A DNA stretch of 64,000 bases from an uncultured virus (IMG/VR IMGVR_UViG_3300032665_002303) (taxonomy: Duplodnaviria > Heunggongvirae > Uroviricota > Caudoviricetes): the IMG/VR virus record IMGVR_UViG_3300032665_002303; one strand, written 5' to 3'. Position 1 is the first letter of the stretch. Every line of letters starts with the position of its first letter. Below the pieces are notes generated by a model, which was not told the origin of the DNA, ran no database searches, and saw nothing but the letters and a program-made list of their open reading frames with translations. This document shows positions 29,813 to 40,600 of the stretch, piece after piece. The translations under genes were made by a program, and so were the position numbers.

Positions 29813-30085
29813 CGTTGCGACGCTCCGTTCATCGTTCTGAAATCTATTGATCATTGTTTATAAAAACCAAAAATCATGAAAAAAGCAAGCGCACATCCCG
29901 GTTTTAAGGCAGTAGCGGCAAAGATAGCCTCAAAAGAAGGTGTAGGTAAAAAGGCTGCAGGCGCCATTCTGGCATCAGCGAGCCGCAAGGCCTCATCATC
30001 AGCAAAGGCTAAAAATCCACGCCTGAATAAAGTAAAGTAATCGTAGAACCGAAGTTGAACGGAGCGTCGCCACTGCGGCTAAATC
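29813..30085. repeat. Inverted repeat pair C (reverse 29813-29830, forward from 30057)
   Basis: CGTTGCGACGCTCCGTTC ... GAACGGAGCGTCGCCACTGCGGCTAAAT. Confidence 0.9.
29876..30040 (+). CDS. Small Lys/Ala-rich basic protein (54 aa) inside pair C
   Basis: MKKASAHPGFKAVAAKIASKEGVGKKAAGAILASASRKASSSAKAKNPRLNKVK*; below the ORF-track cutoff. Confidence 0.7.
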   Translation: MKKASAHPGFKAVAAKIASKEGVGKKAAGAILASASRKASSSAKAKNPRLNKVK

Positions 30086-30107
30086 AAGAGGCAAAAGCTA
30101 AGTAAAA

Positions 30108-30890
30108 ATGACAACAATAGACGTATACGACACATGGATTGCTCTTCAGCAAATAGTAAATGTCCAGCAGAACGGACAGATACCACCCCATGTATTCCTC
30201 GGATGGTACAATGAAGTAAATCAGCAGCTATTCAAAAAATACGCTGAGGAATTTCAATTAAACCAGGTAATGAGCGATCTATTGAATCCATTCCTTAGCG
30301 AAGTAAATGTGCTGGCATCTACGGCGACGCAAAGCGGCAACTGGTCCTTATTCGCGCAACCGGCAGACTACGAATACTTCGTGAATATGTCCGTGCTCCG
30401 CCAACTGGAAGAGAACACATGCTTTACTAATAGCAAGCTACCAATCATAGATGGGAAAGGAAAGGCAAAGGCGTACACAGACCCAGACTTCGCAGCGCTG
30501 GCAATAAAGTACGCCACGGCCAACGTAAATGAATACCAGATACAAAAGATAGATGCTCAGCGGTGGTCTGCCTGCCTGAACCATGCTACAAAACAGCCAT
30601 CATGGGCCAGCCCGAAGATGACCCAGTATGATATGGGATTTAAGGTGTCACCACAAGGCATAAACTCCGTGGTTCTGAAATACCTGCACACGCCGGCAGA
30701 AGCAACCTTCGTATACACGGTAAGCGCACAGGATATAGCGATATATAACGCCCCGGCCAGCAATCAACTGGAATGGAGTGATCAGGTGTTACCTATATTC
30801 CTTGGGTATTTGGTAAAGAAATATGCAGCATACGTAGCAGATGGCGGCTTGATGCAGATAGGAGAAAACATGGTGAACGACGCAAAATAA
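30108..30890 (+). CDS. Putative tail ring / tubular protein
   Basis: Size, position and C-terminal LKYLHTP...LEW motif like crAss ring proteins. Confidence 0.5.
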   Translation: MTTIDVYDTWIALQQIVNVQQNGQIPPHVFLGWYNEVNQQLFKKYAEEFQLNQVMSDLLNPFLSEVNVLASTATQSGNWSLFAQPADYEYFVNMSVLRQLEENTCFTNSKLPIIDGKGKAKAYTDPDFAALAIKYATANVNEYQIQKIDAQRWSACLNHATKQPSWASPKMTQYDMGFKVSPQGINSVVLKYLHTPAEATFVYTVSAQDIAIYNAPASNQLEWSDQVLPIFLGYLVKKYAAYVADGGLMQIGENMVNDAK

Positions 30891-30899
30891 AAAGAGCAA

Positions 30900-31592
30900 A
30901 TGGCAGAATTGATACAGGTAGCGCAGCGAGTGATGGACTTATACTATCAGAACTATACCCCGAACGACGCGTTCCTGGATATAGATGATTTTAAATTCCA
31001 TGTGGCTACTACGTACAGCACTATGCTCAACTCCATGTATCAGCAGGAAAAGAAGTTCAATAAGCAAATGGATGGCTTTGCGAACATCGAAATACCCGCT
31101 GCATGGATGATCATAGAGCGGCTGCCAATACAGTACGATAAAGACTGCGATGAATTTTTCGTGAAACTGAAATATCCGGTATTTTCGTTTGACTTCGACA
31201 GCACGGCCAACGCCCTGCAGGGGGTGCACAGTATCGGAAAGAAACACCAGCTATACCGGAAGATAGGGTTATTGGAGCGCAGGTTCCGGCAGATAATACC
31301 ACCGGCCGGAGCCATATTCTTCTTTTTGAACGAGCCAACGGTAATAAAAATGTGGGATCCGCCACCGGGTCAATTACCTATGGATGGCGCAGAAGTAGAG
31401 GTGCAGTATGCCCCAGCAGTAGTGGGAATGGAAAATAATTGTAAATTATCTGATAATATTATTGCTCCATTAACGGAACAGGTATTAACTTTACTTACAA
31501 AAGCAAGAGAAGGTACGTTTATACAGAAGGCAGATAATCAGAATCCTAATGTGGTTCCAGGACAACAGGTGGACCCGGCACTGGGAAGATAA
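30900..31592 (+). CDS. Putative tail ring / tubular protein
   Basis: Synteny and size. Confidence 0.45.
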   Translation: MAELIQVAQRVMDLYYQNYTPNDAFLDIDDFKFHVATTYSTMLNSMYQQEKKFNKQMDGFANIEIPAAWMIIERLPIQYDKDCDEFFVKLKYPVFSFDFDSTANALQGVHSIGKKHQLYRKIGLLERRFRQIIPPAGAIFFFLNEPTVIKMWDPPPGQLPMDGAEVEVQYAPAVVGMENNCKLSDNIIAPLTEQVLTLLTKAREGTFIQKADNQNPNVVPGQQVDPALGR

Positions 31593-31887
31593 TTTAACTT
31601 CGTTGCGACGCTCCGTTCATCGGCTGGTTATTAATTAAACTTTGATTATGCCTGAATTTAAGTATAATCCACTGAAGGGCAGAAACGAGTTGCTGGTAAA
31701 GAAGCAGGTAGAGTGCATGAATCGCTATGCAAAGGAGGGAAATTACGTTATTGCGGCAATGTATAGAGACATGGTGTGGGATTGCGAAACATTTTTTGGG
31801 AAATTTCCAGAGGATGCTAAGGTGTACAAAACATTTGGGCATAGAAGTGATGTTGTCGAACGGAGCGTCGCCACTGAGGCCCAATAG
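31592..31887. repeat. Inverted repeat pair D (reverse ~31592-31618, forward 31858-31887)
   Basis: TTTAACTTCGTTGCGACGCTCCGTTC ... GAACGGAGCGTCGCCACTGAGGCCCAATAG. Confidence 0.9.
31648..31887 (+). CDS. Hypothetical protein inside pair D, ending ERSVATEAQ on the repeat TAG
   Basis: ATG 31648; stop codon supplied by the repeat. Confidence 0.6.
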   Translation: MPEFKYNPLKGRNELLVKKQVECMNRYAKEGNYVIAAMYRDMVWDCETFFGKFPEDAKVYKTFGHRSDVVERSVATEAQ

Positions 31888-31925
31888 ATCGACAAAAGCT
31901 AAGTAAAAAAGCACACACAAAAACA

Positions 31926-32168
31926 ATGAACTACGAAAAAATAAAAGAGCAGATACTTGTAAATGGACTGGAGGCCATAAGACCTCACTGGGGTGTATGC
32001 CGTTCACTACGAGCTGCAAAAGAAGAGGATGAAGAGTATATCAACTACCCTTATATAGGAATAGTAGTTGATACCTGTGATGAAAGAAAGTGCGATTGCA
32101 AGACGGTTATATTTCAACCCACACCAGACGACCTTAAAGCAACAGACTGGACCATTTTAGTAAGATAG
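31926..32168 (+). CDS. Small protein with DUF2829-like C-terminal motif
   Basis: IRPHW ... FQPTPDDLKATDW. Confidence 0.45.
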   Translation: MNYEKIKEQILVNGLEAIRPHWGVCRSLRAAKEEDEEYINYPYIGIVVDTCDERKCDCKTVIFQPTPDDLKATDWTILVR

Positions 32169-32172
32169 CATT

Positions 32173-33255
32173 ATGAAAGACCTGCGACAATACGGAATAG
32201 GAGTAATGACACTCACCGACCTGGTGGATGATTTCTGTTTGGCGCAAGGCAATATGAGGGAGTCTGTAATACTGGCTCAGTACCGACATGCAAGATGGGC
32301 ATGGAAAGACATCTTCAGAACTACCCTATGGGAAATACGCAAGGCCGTACTCGAAGTAGACTGCCATAATCAAACCATAAGACTCCCGGACGACTGCGAG
32401 CGCGTGATAAACTTCTCCGTGGTGGATTGCTTCGGTAGAATACATGCGCTGGGGTTCAACACCGACCTGAACACGGCTGAAATAAAATGCCTGAAGACAA
32501 AGTGCTCATGCACAACCTGTGGAGGGCAAGACACCCTATGCGCGGCGGTAGATAGCATATCGGCGGTAACATCAACCGTCACGATCAACGGTACCGGCTA
32601 CACACAAACTATACTGACCCGATACAATGGCGCCGGCGCAGTGCAGACACAAACCACAACGCCGACACTCAATGTAGATGGTCAAGTCGTATATATCACC
32701 GACGTGCAGACATTGTGCAATGTAGAAACCACAGAAAGAGGGTGCATAGCTATTACGCAGCCCAACATGGCGGCGCTAAGCACATACTGTGGCGCGGGAA
32801 ACTTCATAAACGAGTGGGGTGCGCAGGGGTTTGGTTGGGGAAATATCAATCAGTACCGGGAGCTCATACCGGCACCATATAATTACTGGGGTGAATGGAA
32901 CTACAATGCGGCCGACCGGCAGATAGTCCACATATTCGGCGGTGCAGGCAACCACTTCAATAACAACAACGAGCAGGAGCAGGAATGGCGCGGTAGAATA
33001 CGCCAGGTGATACTTGACTACCAGACCAACGGCGAAACCCCCAACACGGAGATACTGATACCTCAGTATGCCGTAGAAGCCGTAGAACAGGGTATGTTCT
33101 ACCGGCAGAAAAGACTAAACCCAAGGATGGGTGCAGCAGACCGGCAAGCCGCCAAATTCGAGTACAATGCCGCCAAGTCAGAAGTAAACAAATATCTCAA
33201 CCCAGTGATCATGGATAACATTGCAAAGCTGCAAACCAATCCAAGGCTCTGGTAA
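32173..33255 (+). CDS. Putative tail ring / structural protein
   Basis: TIRLPDDCERV and ILIPQYAVEAV segments resemble crAss-like ring proteins; synteny. Confidence 0.5.
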   Translation: MKDLRQYGIGVMTLTDLVDDFCLAQGNMRESVILAQYRHARWAWKDIFRTTLWEIRKAVLEVDCHNQTIRLPDDCERVINFSVVDCFGRIHALGFNTDLNTAEIKCLKTKCSCTTCGGQDTLCAAVDSISAVTSTVTINGTGYTQTILTRYNGAGAVQTQTTTPTLNVDGQVVYITDVQTLCNVETTERGCIAITQPNMAALSTYCGAGNFINEWGAQGFGWGNINQYRELIPAPYNYWGEWNYNAADRQIVHIFGGAGNHFNNNNEQEQEWRGRIRQVILDYQTNGETPNTEILIPQYAVEAVEQGMFYRQKRLNPRMGAADRQAAKFEYNAAKSEVNKYLNPVIMDNIAKLQTNPRLW

Positions 33256-33276
33256 ACTTATAAAAACTGAAAAGGC

Positions 33277-33567
33277 ATGAAAAAGCGACCTTATTTTCGC
33301 GTAATACAAAACTGGTCACAGGGCCCTGACGAGCAAAAGGCGGCAGCGGAGCACCAGGAAAGGCTTGAAAATTACCTGAAATTCGGCCAGCCATGGTCTA
33401 ATAAGGAATTGATGAGCAAGGCTGAAATGCCGGAAATTCTTCCATATGAGATCGAGGTAAAGCACATGAGCACCAGCACGACCACGGTAAGCAGTGGCCG
33501 GTTCGTAATTACCACTACGCTGTGTTGCAATGATGACTATGTAGAAACACCACAAGACTATCAATGA
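33277..33567 (+). CDS. Hypothetical protein
   Basis: ORF overlapping the next start (ATGA). Confidence 0.55.
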   Translation: MKKRPYFRVIQNWSQGPDEQKAAAEHQERLENYLKFGQPWSNKELMSKAEMPEILPYEIEVKHMSTSTTTVSSGRFVITTTLCCNDDYVETPQDYQ

Positions 33568-34046
33568 TACAACTTATCCCCATAGAGATAGGCGCCCTGC
33601 GCGACTACGTAAAGAAGGCCTTCCAAGACGATCATGAATTACTAACCCAGTATCATATCTCTCCCGGAACTCTGGAACATTGCGTTGATCATACCATGGG
33701 ATTTATAATAGAAAATATCTCCCATTACAAAGAAGATATGACTATATTTGCTGTAGTATTAGTAGATAAAGTAATAGGGTACACAATTACTATCAAAAAT
33801 AATAACTCACCGAACGAGCTTTACTCATTCGGTATAAATGTAAAGTACAGGACCAAAGAAATACTGAAGTCATGGCTGCATGAGATAAGATTTATGATAG
33901 GAACGTTTTATGTTGTACTTTGGTCTAAAAATACAAGGGCTATAGATTTTTTTGAAAAGAATGGATGTGTAGTAGATAGAGAAAGAAAGATGTTAGATGA
34001 GGCGACAAAAACTTTGATTGTATCAAGGTCTGCGGCCATGATTTAG
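33564..34046 (+). CDS. GNAT-fold acetyltransferase-like protein
   Basis: FGINVKYR...NTRAIDFFEKNG motif, preceding ejection-like genes. Confidence 0.6.
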   Translation: MIQLIPIEIGALRDYVKKAFQDDHELLTQYHISPGTLEHCVDHTMGFIIENISHYKEDMTIFAVVLVDKVIGYTITIKNNNSPNELYSFGINVKYRTKEILKSWLHEIRFMIGTFYVVLWSKNTRAIDFFEKNGCVVDRERKMLDEATKTLIVSRSAAMI

Positions 34047-34252
34047 CATCGTTGCGACGCTCCGTTCATCGGTTGAATTACTATTAAACTTTTATTATGG
34101 AAAACATTGAATATCCATTTGAGTTTATTCCTGCCACAGAAGACGATGTTTGGACGGGGGAAGGTATGGTAAAGATGAGAGTTTCGATTCTTAATACTTA
34201 TGATGATAGTGGTGATGCCCCTGAACGGAGCGTCGCCACTGAAGCCAAATAG
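34041..34252. repeat. Inverted repeat pair E (reverse 34041-34067, forward 34223-34252)
   Basis: ATTTAGCATCGTTGCGACGCTCCGTTC ... GAACGGAGCGTCGCCACTGAAGCCAAATAG. Confidence 0.9.
34097..34252 (+). CDS. Small acidic protein (51 aa) inside pair E, ending ERSVATEAK
   Basis: MENIEYPFEFIPATEDDVWTGEGMVKMRVSILNTYDDSGDAPERSVATEAK*; read manually. Confidence 0.5.
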   Translation: MENIEYPFEFIPATEDDVWTGEGMVKMRVSILNTYDDSGDAPERSVATEAK

Positions 34253-34285
34253 TAAAGTAAAAGTTGACTAAATAAATTTTATAGT

Positions 34286-35008
34286 ATGCCTGCAGGCGGC
34301 CTAATTTCAAGCGGAGTCGGAGCACTACTAGGTGCCGGAGAAAGTATATGGGGTGGTATAGAAAAGAACAAGTACCAAAACCAACTGAATGCCTTATCAG
34401 CAAACAGGCCCCAGTATGCCATTAACCCCGAAGAGTACCAGATAGAAAACCAAGCAGCCTCCCAAGCCAATCAAGGCATGGGGGCAAACGCGCGTCAGCA
34501 ACTCAACAACAATACAGATCGCGGCTTGGCTACCAGCGCAAACGCAATACTCATGGGTGGTGGCAATGCCAACTCAATAGCTAACCTGGCAGATAAAACG
34601 CAGAACGCCTACAACCAGACATCATTATACGATGATCAGACGAGACTATCGAACCTTGCCAACTACCAGACGGCACTTGCAAGAATGAGTGCAGACAGGG
34701 ATAAGGCGTGGCAGATAAACACAGAGCAACCATGGAAGGATAAGATGACAGCGTTATCACAGCAGCTTACCGGCTCTAACAATATGCTGCAGTCTGGACT
34801 TAACCTGTTCGGCGGACAGCTCGGGACACTGGGGAAAGACTTGGGTGGCTTGGGCCGAAGCGCAGGATCGGGAACTGCGCCATCTGGGGATCAGTCGTTT
34901 GGAGGAGGTATACAGTATTCTGGAGGAATGGGAACAGGAATGGGATTAAGTGGAGGAGGAGCAGGAGGATATAACTTTAATCAACCATTACCATATATAG
35001 GACTTTAG
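34286..35008 (+). CDS. Putative internal virion / ejection protein
   Basis: Gly-rich hydrophobic N-terminus, Q/N/A-rich coiled coil. Confidence 0.55.
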   Translation: MPAGGLISSGVGALLGAGESIWGGIEKNKYQNQLNALSANRPQYAINPEEYQIENQAASQANQGMGANARQQLNNNTDRGLATSANAILMGGGNANSIANLADKTQNAYNQTSLYDDQTRLSNLANYQTALARMSADRDKAWQINTEQPWKDKMTALSQQLTGSNNMLQSGLNLFGGQLGTLGKDLGGLGRSAGSGTAPSGDQSFGGGIQYSGGMGTGMGLSGGGAGGYNFNQPLPYIGL

Positions 35009-35023
35009 GAACTGAGCAAAATG

Positions 35024-35432
35024 CTATGATTTAGCATCGTTGCGACGCTCCGTTTTAACACCTGATTTTCAATTTAACAATTCACATATAAAAACACAAA
35101 AAATGCAAAACGTTAGCAAGTTGATTAAGGAGGTTCTGAATGACAGTAGATTTATCGGATCGGGCATAGTCAATATAGAGGAAAAACATCATGAAAGGAC
35201 GGATGCGCAGGGGGTTATATTTTGCGTATCAGTGCAGATATTGAGAAGGAAAAATAAAGAAGGAGAAATGGAACCCATATATAGGGCTGACGCCGAGTCA
35301 AGGAGTCGTTTTTTTCAAGATGAAGTAGAAGATTTATATCGACGCCTATTTTATGCGATGATGGAAAAATCTCTTAGTTTGGGAGTAAATAATTCTGTCG
35401 CTGAACGGAGCGTCGCCACCGAAGCTAAATAG
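35024..35432. repeat. Inverted repeat pair F (reverse 35024-35054, forward 35403-35432)
   Basis: CTATGATTTAGCATCGTTGCGACGCTCCGTT ... GAACGGAGCGTCGCCACCGAAGCTAAATAG. Confidence 0.9.
35103..35432 (+). CDS. Hypothetical protein inside pair F, ending ERSVATEAK
   Basis: ATG 35103 after an A-rich leader. Confidence 0.6.
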   Translation: MQNVSKLIKEVLNDSRFIGSGIVNIEEKHHERTDAQGVIFCVSVQILRRKNKEGEMEPIYRADAESRSRFFQDEVEDLYRRLFYAMMEKSLSLGVNNSVAERSVATEAK

Positions 35433-35465
35433 TAAGATAAAAGCTAAGTAAAAAAATAAAACATA

Positions 35466-37346
35466 ATGGCACTGGACGCCCCTTTTCAGACAGGATCAGA
35501 ACTTATAAACGCCCCCGGTAATGCAGCACTAAGCGGTGTTGCTCAAAACTTCGATCCCGAAAACAAAAACCCTCTTGCCCCACTACAAAATACATTCAAC
35601 CAACTCGACCAGGAAAGCAACCAGGCGTTAGAGCAAAAACGCGCACAGGCTTTTCAACAACTCCAACAGCAGAGAGAATTTCAAAATGACATTCTCAAAA
35701 GGCACATGGATTACGATCACCAAGATGCCGTGGTTAATGCCGCAAACAAGTACAAGGAGAACCAAGAAAAGTACGATTACTATACACAGACCGGAAATAC
35801 ATCATACACAGCTACTGGCCCCGATGGGAAACCGGTAAATCTACCATTCCTAAAGGCGCATCAAGACGAAGTGAATGCCGAGGCTGATGCACAGCGAAAG
35901 AAGATTACATCCGATCCAAATTATTGGCATAGTAATGCCATGGCGCAGGACTATAAAGATATAACGCAGAAGCAAGTTTACGCATCTATGGCCGCGCAGA
36001 ATGCGGCAGAGGTTAGAAGGTTAATGTCTCAGACTTATGATCCAGACGAAAAAAAAAGACAGCAAGATTACCTTGATTACATAGAGAAATTTCCACTTAC
36101 CGATGCGCCGCATCCATTTGTGTCCATGCCGACTGTGCGCCCTCAAATTGACGTAGCGAACGAGTATAAGGATGGTAAAGGGTTCGAGTCTTTTGATGCG
36201 GGTTTAGGAGTGCCAAATTCAAGATATATTGGACTCGGCCAGACCACCGATCCTGCGCAGATAAACGACGGGTTTAAGAAGTATAATTTTTTTAAGACCC
36301 AGCATCAGGATGCCGATACATATAATCAAACACAGGATCAACTAAATACAATAACGGATTCGAGAAAGCTGCCCAGAATAGACCTAGGTGGACGCCCGGA
36401 CAAGGATGGGAACATCGTTTACGACGATAACACATATAAGAAGGGGGTTCAGTTAGCGAAGAAGCATCTCGTTGCGGCGGAATTACTAAATAACGGGGCT
36501 CTAATGGCCGACCCAGATGCGGATAAAGATGCAGCCGATTTAAAGGGCAAGCAACTAAGCAATAAAATACAGGAAATGATAATTGCAAATGGCGGGGTTA
36601 AACCCAAGTCGCAATCTCCAGAAGACATTCTTAATTATACAAATTCCGTAAATACGGTAAAAACCGCAAAGGAGTTATTTAACCCAGATAAATACGAAAA
36701 TGGAGGCATCGCCCTTGTGCAGCAAAAGGTTGCTCCGGTATACGAAAGAAAATGGGGTATAGGCCCGAGGATACTCAAAAATCCAGACGAAAAAGGAGAG
36801 TACAATAAAGTTGATGGAATTAATGTAGCCGGCACTCTTCAGATGGAAGGGTATAACCCAAGCGAGTGGAAGGTGTTTAAGGCGCCTTCTGGAATTGAAG
36901 ATGGGGTTGGAGTTGAAAGGGTAGGTGAGGGTTTAGACGCTAAAGGAAAGCCAAATGGCAAAATAAACAAAACTGGGAATGCAGAAAAGGTTGATAGTAA
37001 GTTTATGATTTACAATCCAGACACAAAAGAGGTCAAGGCGATGTATTTTCAAAAGCGGCCAGAGGACGGAACTTACAAATTATTATCCATAGTCGACGGC
37101 AGACAATATGTGTCAAATGTCCCACTGCCAAAGCATAAATTCAAAGAGGAGGCATCTGAGGATGTGACAAGAAACCAAAATTTATGGGATCAAGGGTCCA
37201 GCAAACCGGCGGTCACTACGTCCACCTCCAGACCCGCAAGTATCCCATTGACAGCAAAAGTTGTTAACATTGGCGGGAAAACATATTATAGAGATGGGGA
37301 AAACGCATACGATGGCAACGGAAACTTGATACCAAAGAGAAGATAG
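35466..37346 (+). CDS. Putative internal virion / ejection protein
   Basis: 626 aa, hydrophilic, precedes the giant protein. Confidence 0.55.
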   Translation: MALDAPFQTGSELINAPGNAALSGVAQNFDPENKNPLAPLQNTFNQLDQESNQALEQKRAQAFQQLQQQREFQNDILKRHMDYDHQDAVVNAANKYKENQEKYDYYTQTGNTSYTATGPDGKPVNLPFLKAHQDEVNAEADAQRKKITSDPNYWHSNAMAQDYKDITQKQVYASMAAQNAAEVRRLMSQTYDPDEKKRQQDYLDYIEKFPLTDAPHPFVSMPTVRPQIDVANEYKDGKGFESFDAGLGVPNSRYIGLGQTTDPAQINDGFKKYNFFKTQHQDADTYNQTQDQLNTITDSRKLPRIDLGGRPDKDGNIVYDDNTYKKGVQLAKKHLVAAELLNNGALMADPDADKDAADLKGKQLSNKIQEMIIANGGVKPKSQSPEDILNYTNSVNTVKTAKELFNPDKYENGGIALVQQKVAPVYERKWGIGPRILKNPDEKGEYNKVDGINVAGTLQMEGYNPSEWKVFKAPSGIEDGVGVERVGEGLDAKGKPNGKINKTGNAEKVDSKFMIYNPDTKEVKAMYFQKRPEDGTYKLLSIVDGRQYVSNVPLPKHKFKEEASEDVTRNQNLWDQGSSKPAVTTSTSRPASIPLTAKVVNIGGKTYYRDGENAYDGNGNLIPKRR

Positions 37347-37364
37347 TATAATTAAAATTTTATT

Positions 37365-37565
37365 ATGGCATACGATACTCTTATTGAATTTGGCGGACAG
37401 CAGATAGAACTTCCTAAATGTGAATCGGCATTCAGTTGGAATATTGATGTTTTGCAAAAGGTCGCAAAACAAGCATTTCCAAGGTTGCATGATGACGATG
37501 CGCTTGCTAATCTTATTGACGTTCTGGATGCATGTAAGCGTGGTTTAACAATAGGATCAAAGTGA
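37365..37565 (+). CDS. Small hypothetical protein
   Basis: 66-aa ORF followed by a forward repeat. Confidence 0.5.
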   Translation: MAYDTLIEFGGQQIELPKCESAFSWNIDVLQKVAKQAFPRLHDDDALANLIDVLDACKRGLTIGSK

Positions 37566-37572
37566 TGCCGCC

Positions 37573-37602
37573 GAACGGAGCGTCGCCACTGAAGCTAAAT
37601 AG
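37573..37602 (+). repeat. Short dispersed repeat, solo forward copy
   Basis: GAACGGAGCGTCGCCACTGAAGCTAAATAG, 32 nt before the giant gene ATG. Confidence 0.95.
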
Positions 37603-37634
37603 AAGTAAAAAAGTTAAGTAAAAAATATATAAAA

Positions 37635-40600
37635 ATGCCAGCAGGAGGTAAAAGTACCCAAGATGACGATTTGTATTCACAAATCATGAGCGCGCCTGAA
37701 TCTGGTTCGCAAAACACGCCGAGGGATTATCATGAACTGTCGGATTTCGCTACAAGTAATGGCTTTACGGTTACATCCACAACTAAAGGCAAACACAATA
37801 CAGGTAGCGCACACTATCGCGGTAAAGCAATAGATGTAAGGGTGAATGATAAGAAGCCAGAAGAGGTTGAGGCGCTGATGAGTCAAGCAAAACAGAAAGG
37901 ATACATAGTTAGGGATGAAAGAATACACCCTGCTGGTCAAAAAGAGTGGGATGGGCGGCATATTCATTTACAGCTACCCGAGGACAATGCAAGTGCTGAT
38001 GATTTATATTCCCAGATAATGTCTGCACCCATAGGCGACGCCCCTCAAAAAAAAAGCCCAGACGTTTCCGCGACAGGCTTGCCACCATATTCTACAGGTG
38101 GGAAGAGCGATTATCCGCCGAATATTGACCCACTAACAGCATTTCAAAAACCAACCATTGCACAACAAGGGTATAATGATATTTTTGGCAAGAGCAATGT
38201 TACCGGCGAACCAAATGCGCAAGCGCCAGAAGAACAGCCCGAGATAACTCCACAGCAGCAAGCCCATCAAGCAGCAAATGTAATAACGAATTATATAGTG
38301 CAAAGTGCCGCAACCGCCGCAACGCCAGATTATTTAAGGCAACTTAGCGCTACCCCAGCAACAGCGCCAGGTCATCCAATATATGAGGCGTCAAATCCAC
38401 ATGGAGACCCTACGTATACTGGCGGGGTAGTGAAAAACGGGGTAGAAGTGCTGAAATTGCAGAAAAGTCAGGAATTGGCCAAGTTGGCAAATGAGGGAGG
38501 TCAAAACACCGACCCAAATTACGCACAGGAGGCAAAGGAGATAAACGACAAATACGACAAGGAGATAGCAGACCTTCAGAATGCAGGCATTATCACCACC
38601 AGTCAGCAATTAGCACATAAAGCATATACTTCCGGTAATTTAACCCCGGAGCAAAGCGAAGAACAGATATCCGCCGCGAAGAAGGAATACGATAAAAGCA
38701 TAGCTAATGCCACTGGAGCCGGAGATATAGCGGTCGCCAAGCAGAAGTATAACAAGACCAAGGCAGAAGTGCAGCAGGCAAGCAAATATAGCCCCGTACA
38801 TATAGGCATGGAGCAGCAAGCGCTACTCGGAAATGATAAGGCTAAGGAAGACATGGCAAAGTACAACGCCGGTCAAAAGATAGATGAAGACCGGCAGGTA
38901 GCATATGAAGCCGCAGGGCTTAATGCGTTGCAGTTTGGCGCAAAAACAGCAGATGCAACCGCCAATCCGGATGCAGCAAAAGAACTGGACGAAAACTCAA
39001 ATAACATACAAGACAGGCTGGAGCAGGACCACCCAAAATACTTTGGGGATATCTACGGCAAGCAGGTAGGTAGTTATTTATACAACAATGAGAATAATCC
39101 TCTATTTGGTACCTTATTTGCAAGAAGCGCACCTGATGCAAAGACCGTAAGACAGGTCGGCAAGAAAATAGGCCTAACATCCGACCAGATAAACCTCATC
39201 AATCCGAACAATGTGCCCACCATGGCGAGTGTGCCCGGGCAATTCCTGCAGGGTGCGTTTAATTCAGCCTTCATGCAGGACGACAAGGGTGCATTTAATA
39301 CCTTATTCACCGGTAATGTCCCGGATGAGCAGCGAAGTGCTACTCACCCCATAGATAATCTGAGGGGATTTCTGGGAGAAGTAGCCGGTGGCGCCGGTAC
39401 CGTGGCTGGATTTATGGCCCAGGCTGGATTAGTAGGCGACGCACTAAAGGGAAGTAAGGTGCTGGGTGACGTGGTTGCCAATGCCAAGCGCTACGAAACT
39501 GCAGCTAATCTTATCCCGCTAGCGGCTAGCAACTATAATAATGCCTATGCTCAGTCGGCATCGGTAATAGGCGATAAGCCAAAGGATGAGATTAAAAGAC
39601 ATGCCTATGCGCTGACGAATGCCATACTAGGTACAGCCATTATGAGTATAGACCCCGCCACGGCCATCGGTAGTGATGCTATTGGTGCGACAAAGGCTGG
39701 GCAAGACCTCATTGGCATGATCAAGAAGGGTGGCCTTGAAAATATCACAAAGGATGAATTCAAAACGCAAATTCAAGGTATACTATCCCAAGTTGCAGAA
39801 AAAGGACAAGTTGCAGGCGGCCATGCGCTATCGCAAGGCGGCATAATGGGATTGAATAAGGCGGCAGAGAACGTGACAGACATGATATACGACCCATCGC
39901 ATCGTCATGGCGTAATGGACAATGTAGGGCAATCTGCGGTACAGGGCGGCATATCTATGCTACTCCCGTCGCTCATGGCGGGTATAAATGCACCACACAA
40001 CGAAACTCCGGTTACAAAAAGTGTAGTATGGGAGGTGGGTAATAATTCGCAGGATTACATCAATAAAATATCTGACCTCCGTAACGAAGGGCAGATAACC
40101 AGTGAAGAGTATAATACAGCACTGAATGGCATACAAAAGGCTAAGAATGCCGCCGAACAAGCCCCATCTAAAAACCCGGTTACCAGGCAAAATCTGGCAC
40201 CGGAACAGCGCGAGGATTATGCATTCAATTCAATGCGTAAATCAGAACTGGAGCAAACGCTGGAAGACATAAATAAATCTCCATCACCCGACAAGGCTCA
40301 GGCTAAAATTGTACAACAGAAGATAGGTGAAGTTGATGCGCAGCAAGCGGACATCCTGAATAATGCGGGTAATTTCAAACCCGCAGAGAGGCCGCTGCCA
40401 AAAAAAGAAACGAAGGAAGATGTAGATAAAGATGTTTACGATCATGAAGAGGCTGATACGAGGAAGGCATATAAGAAAGGGGAAGAATTGGACAAAGACG
40501 ATGCCCACAACCTTGCCTTCGTGAAAGACAATGCAAGGAATTATGCAGAGGAGCGAGTGGATTTAGCCAAACGAAAGATAGAAATGGAACTGGCGAAACC

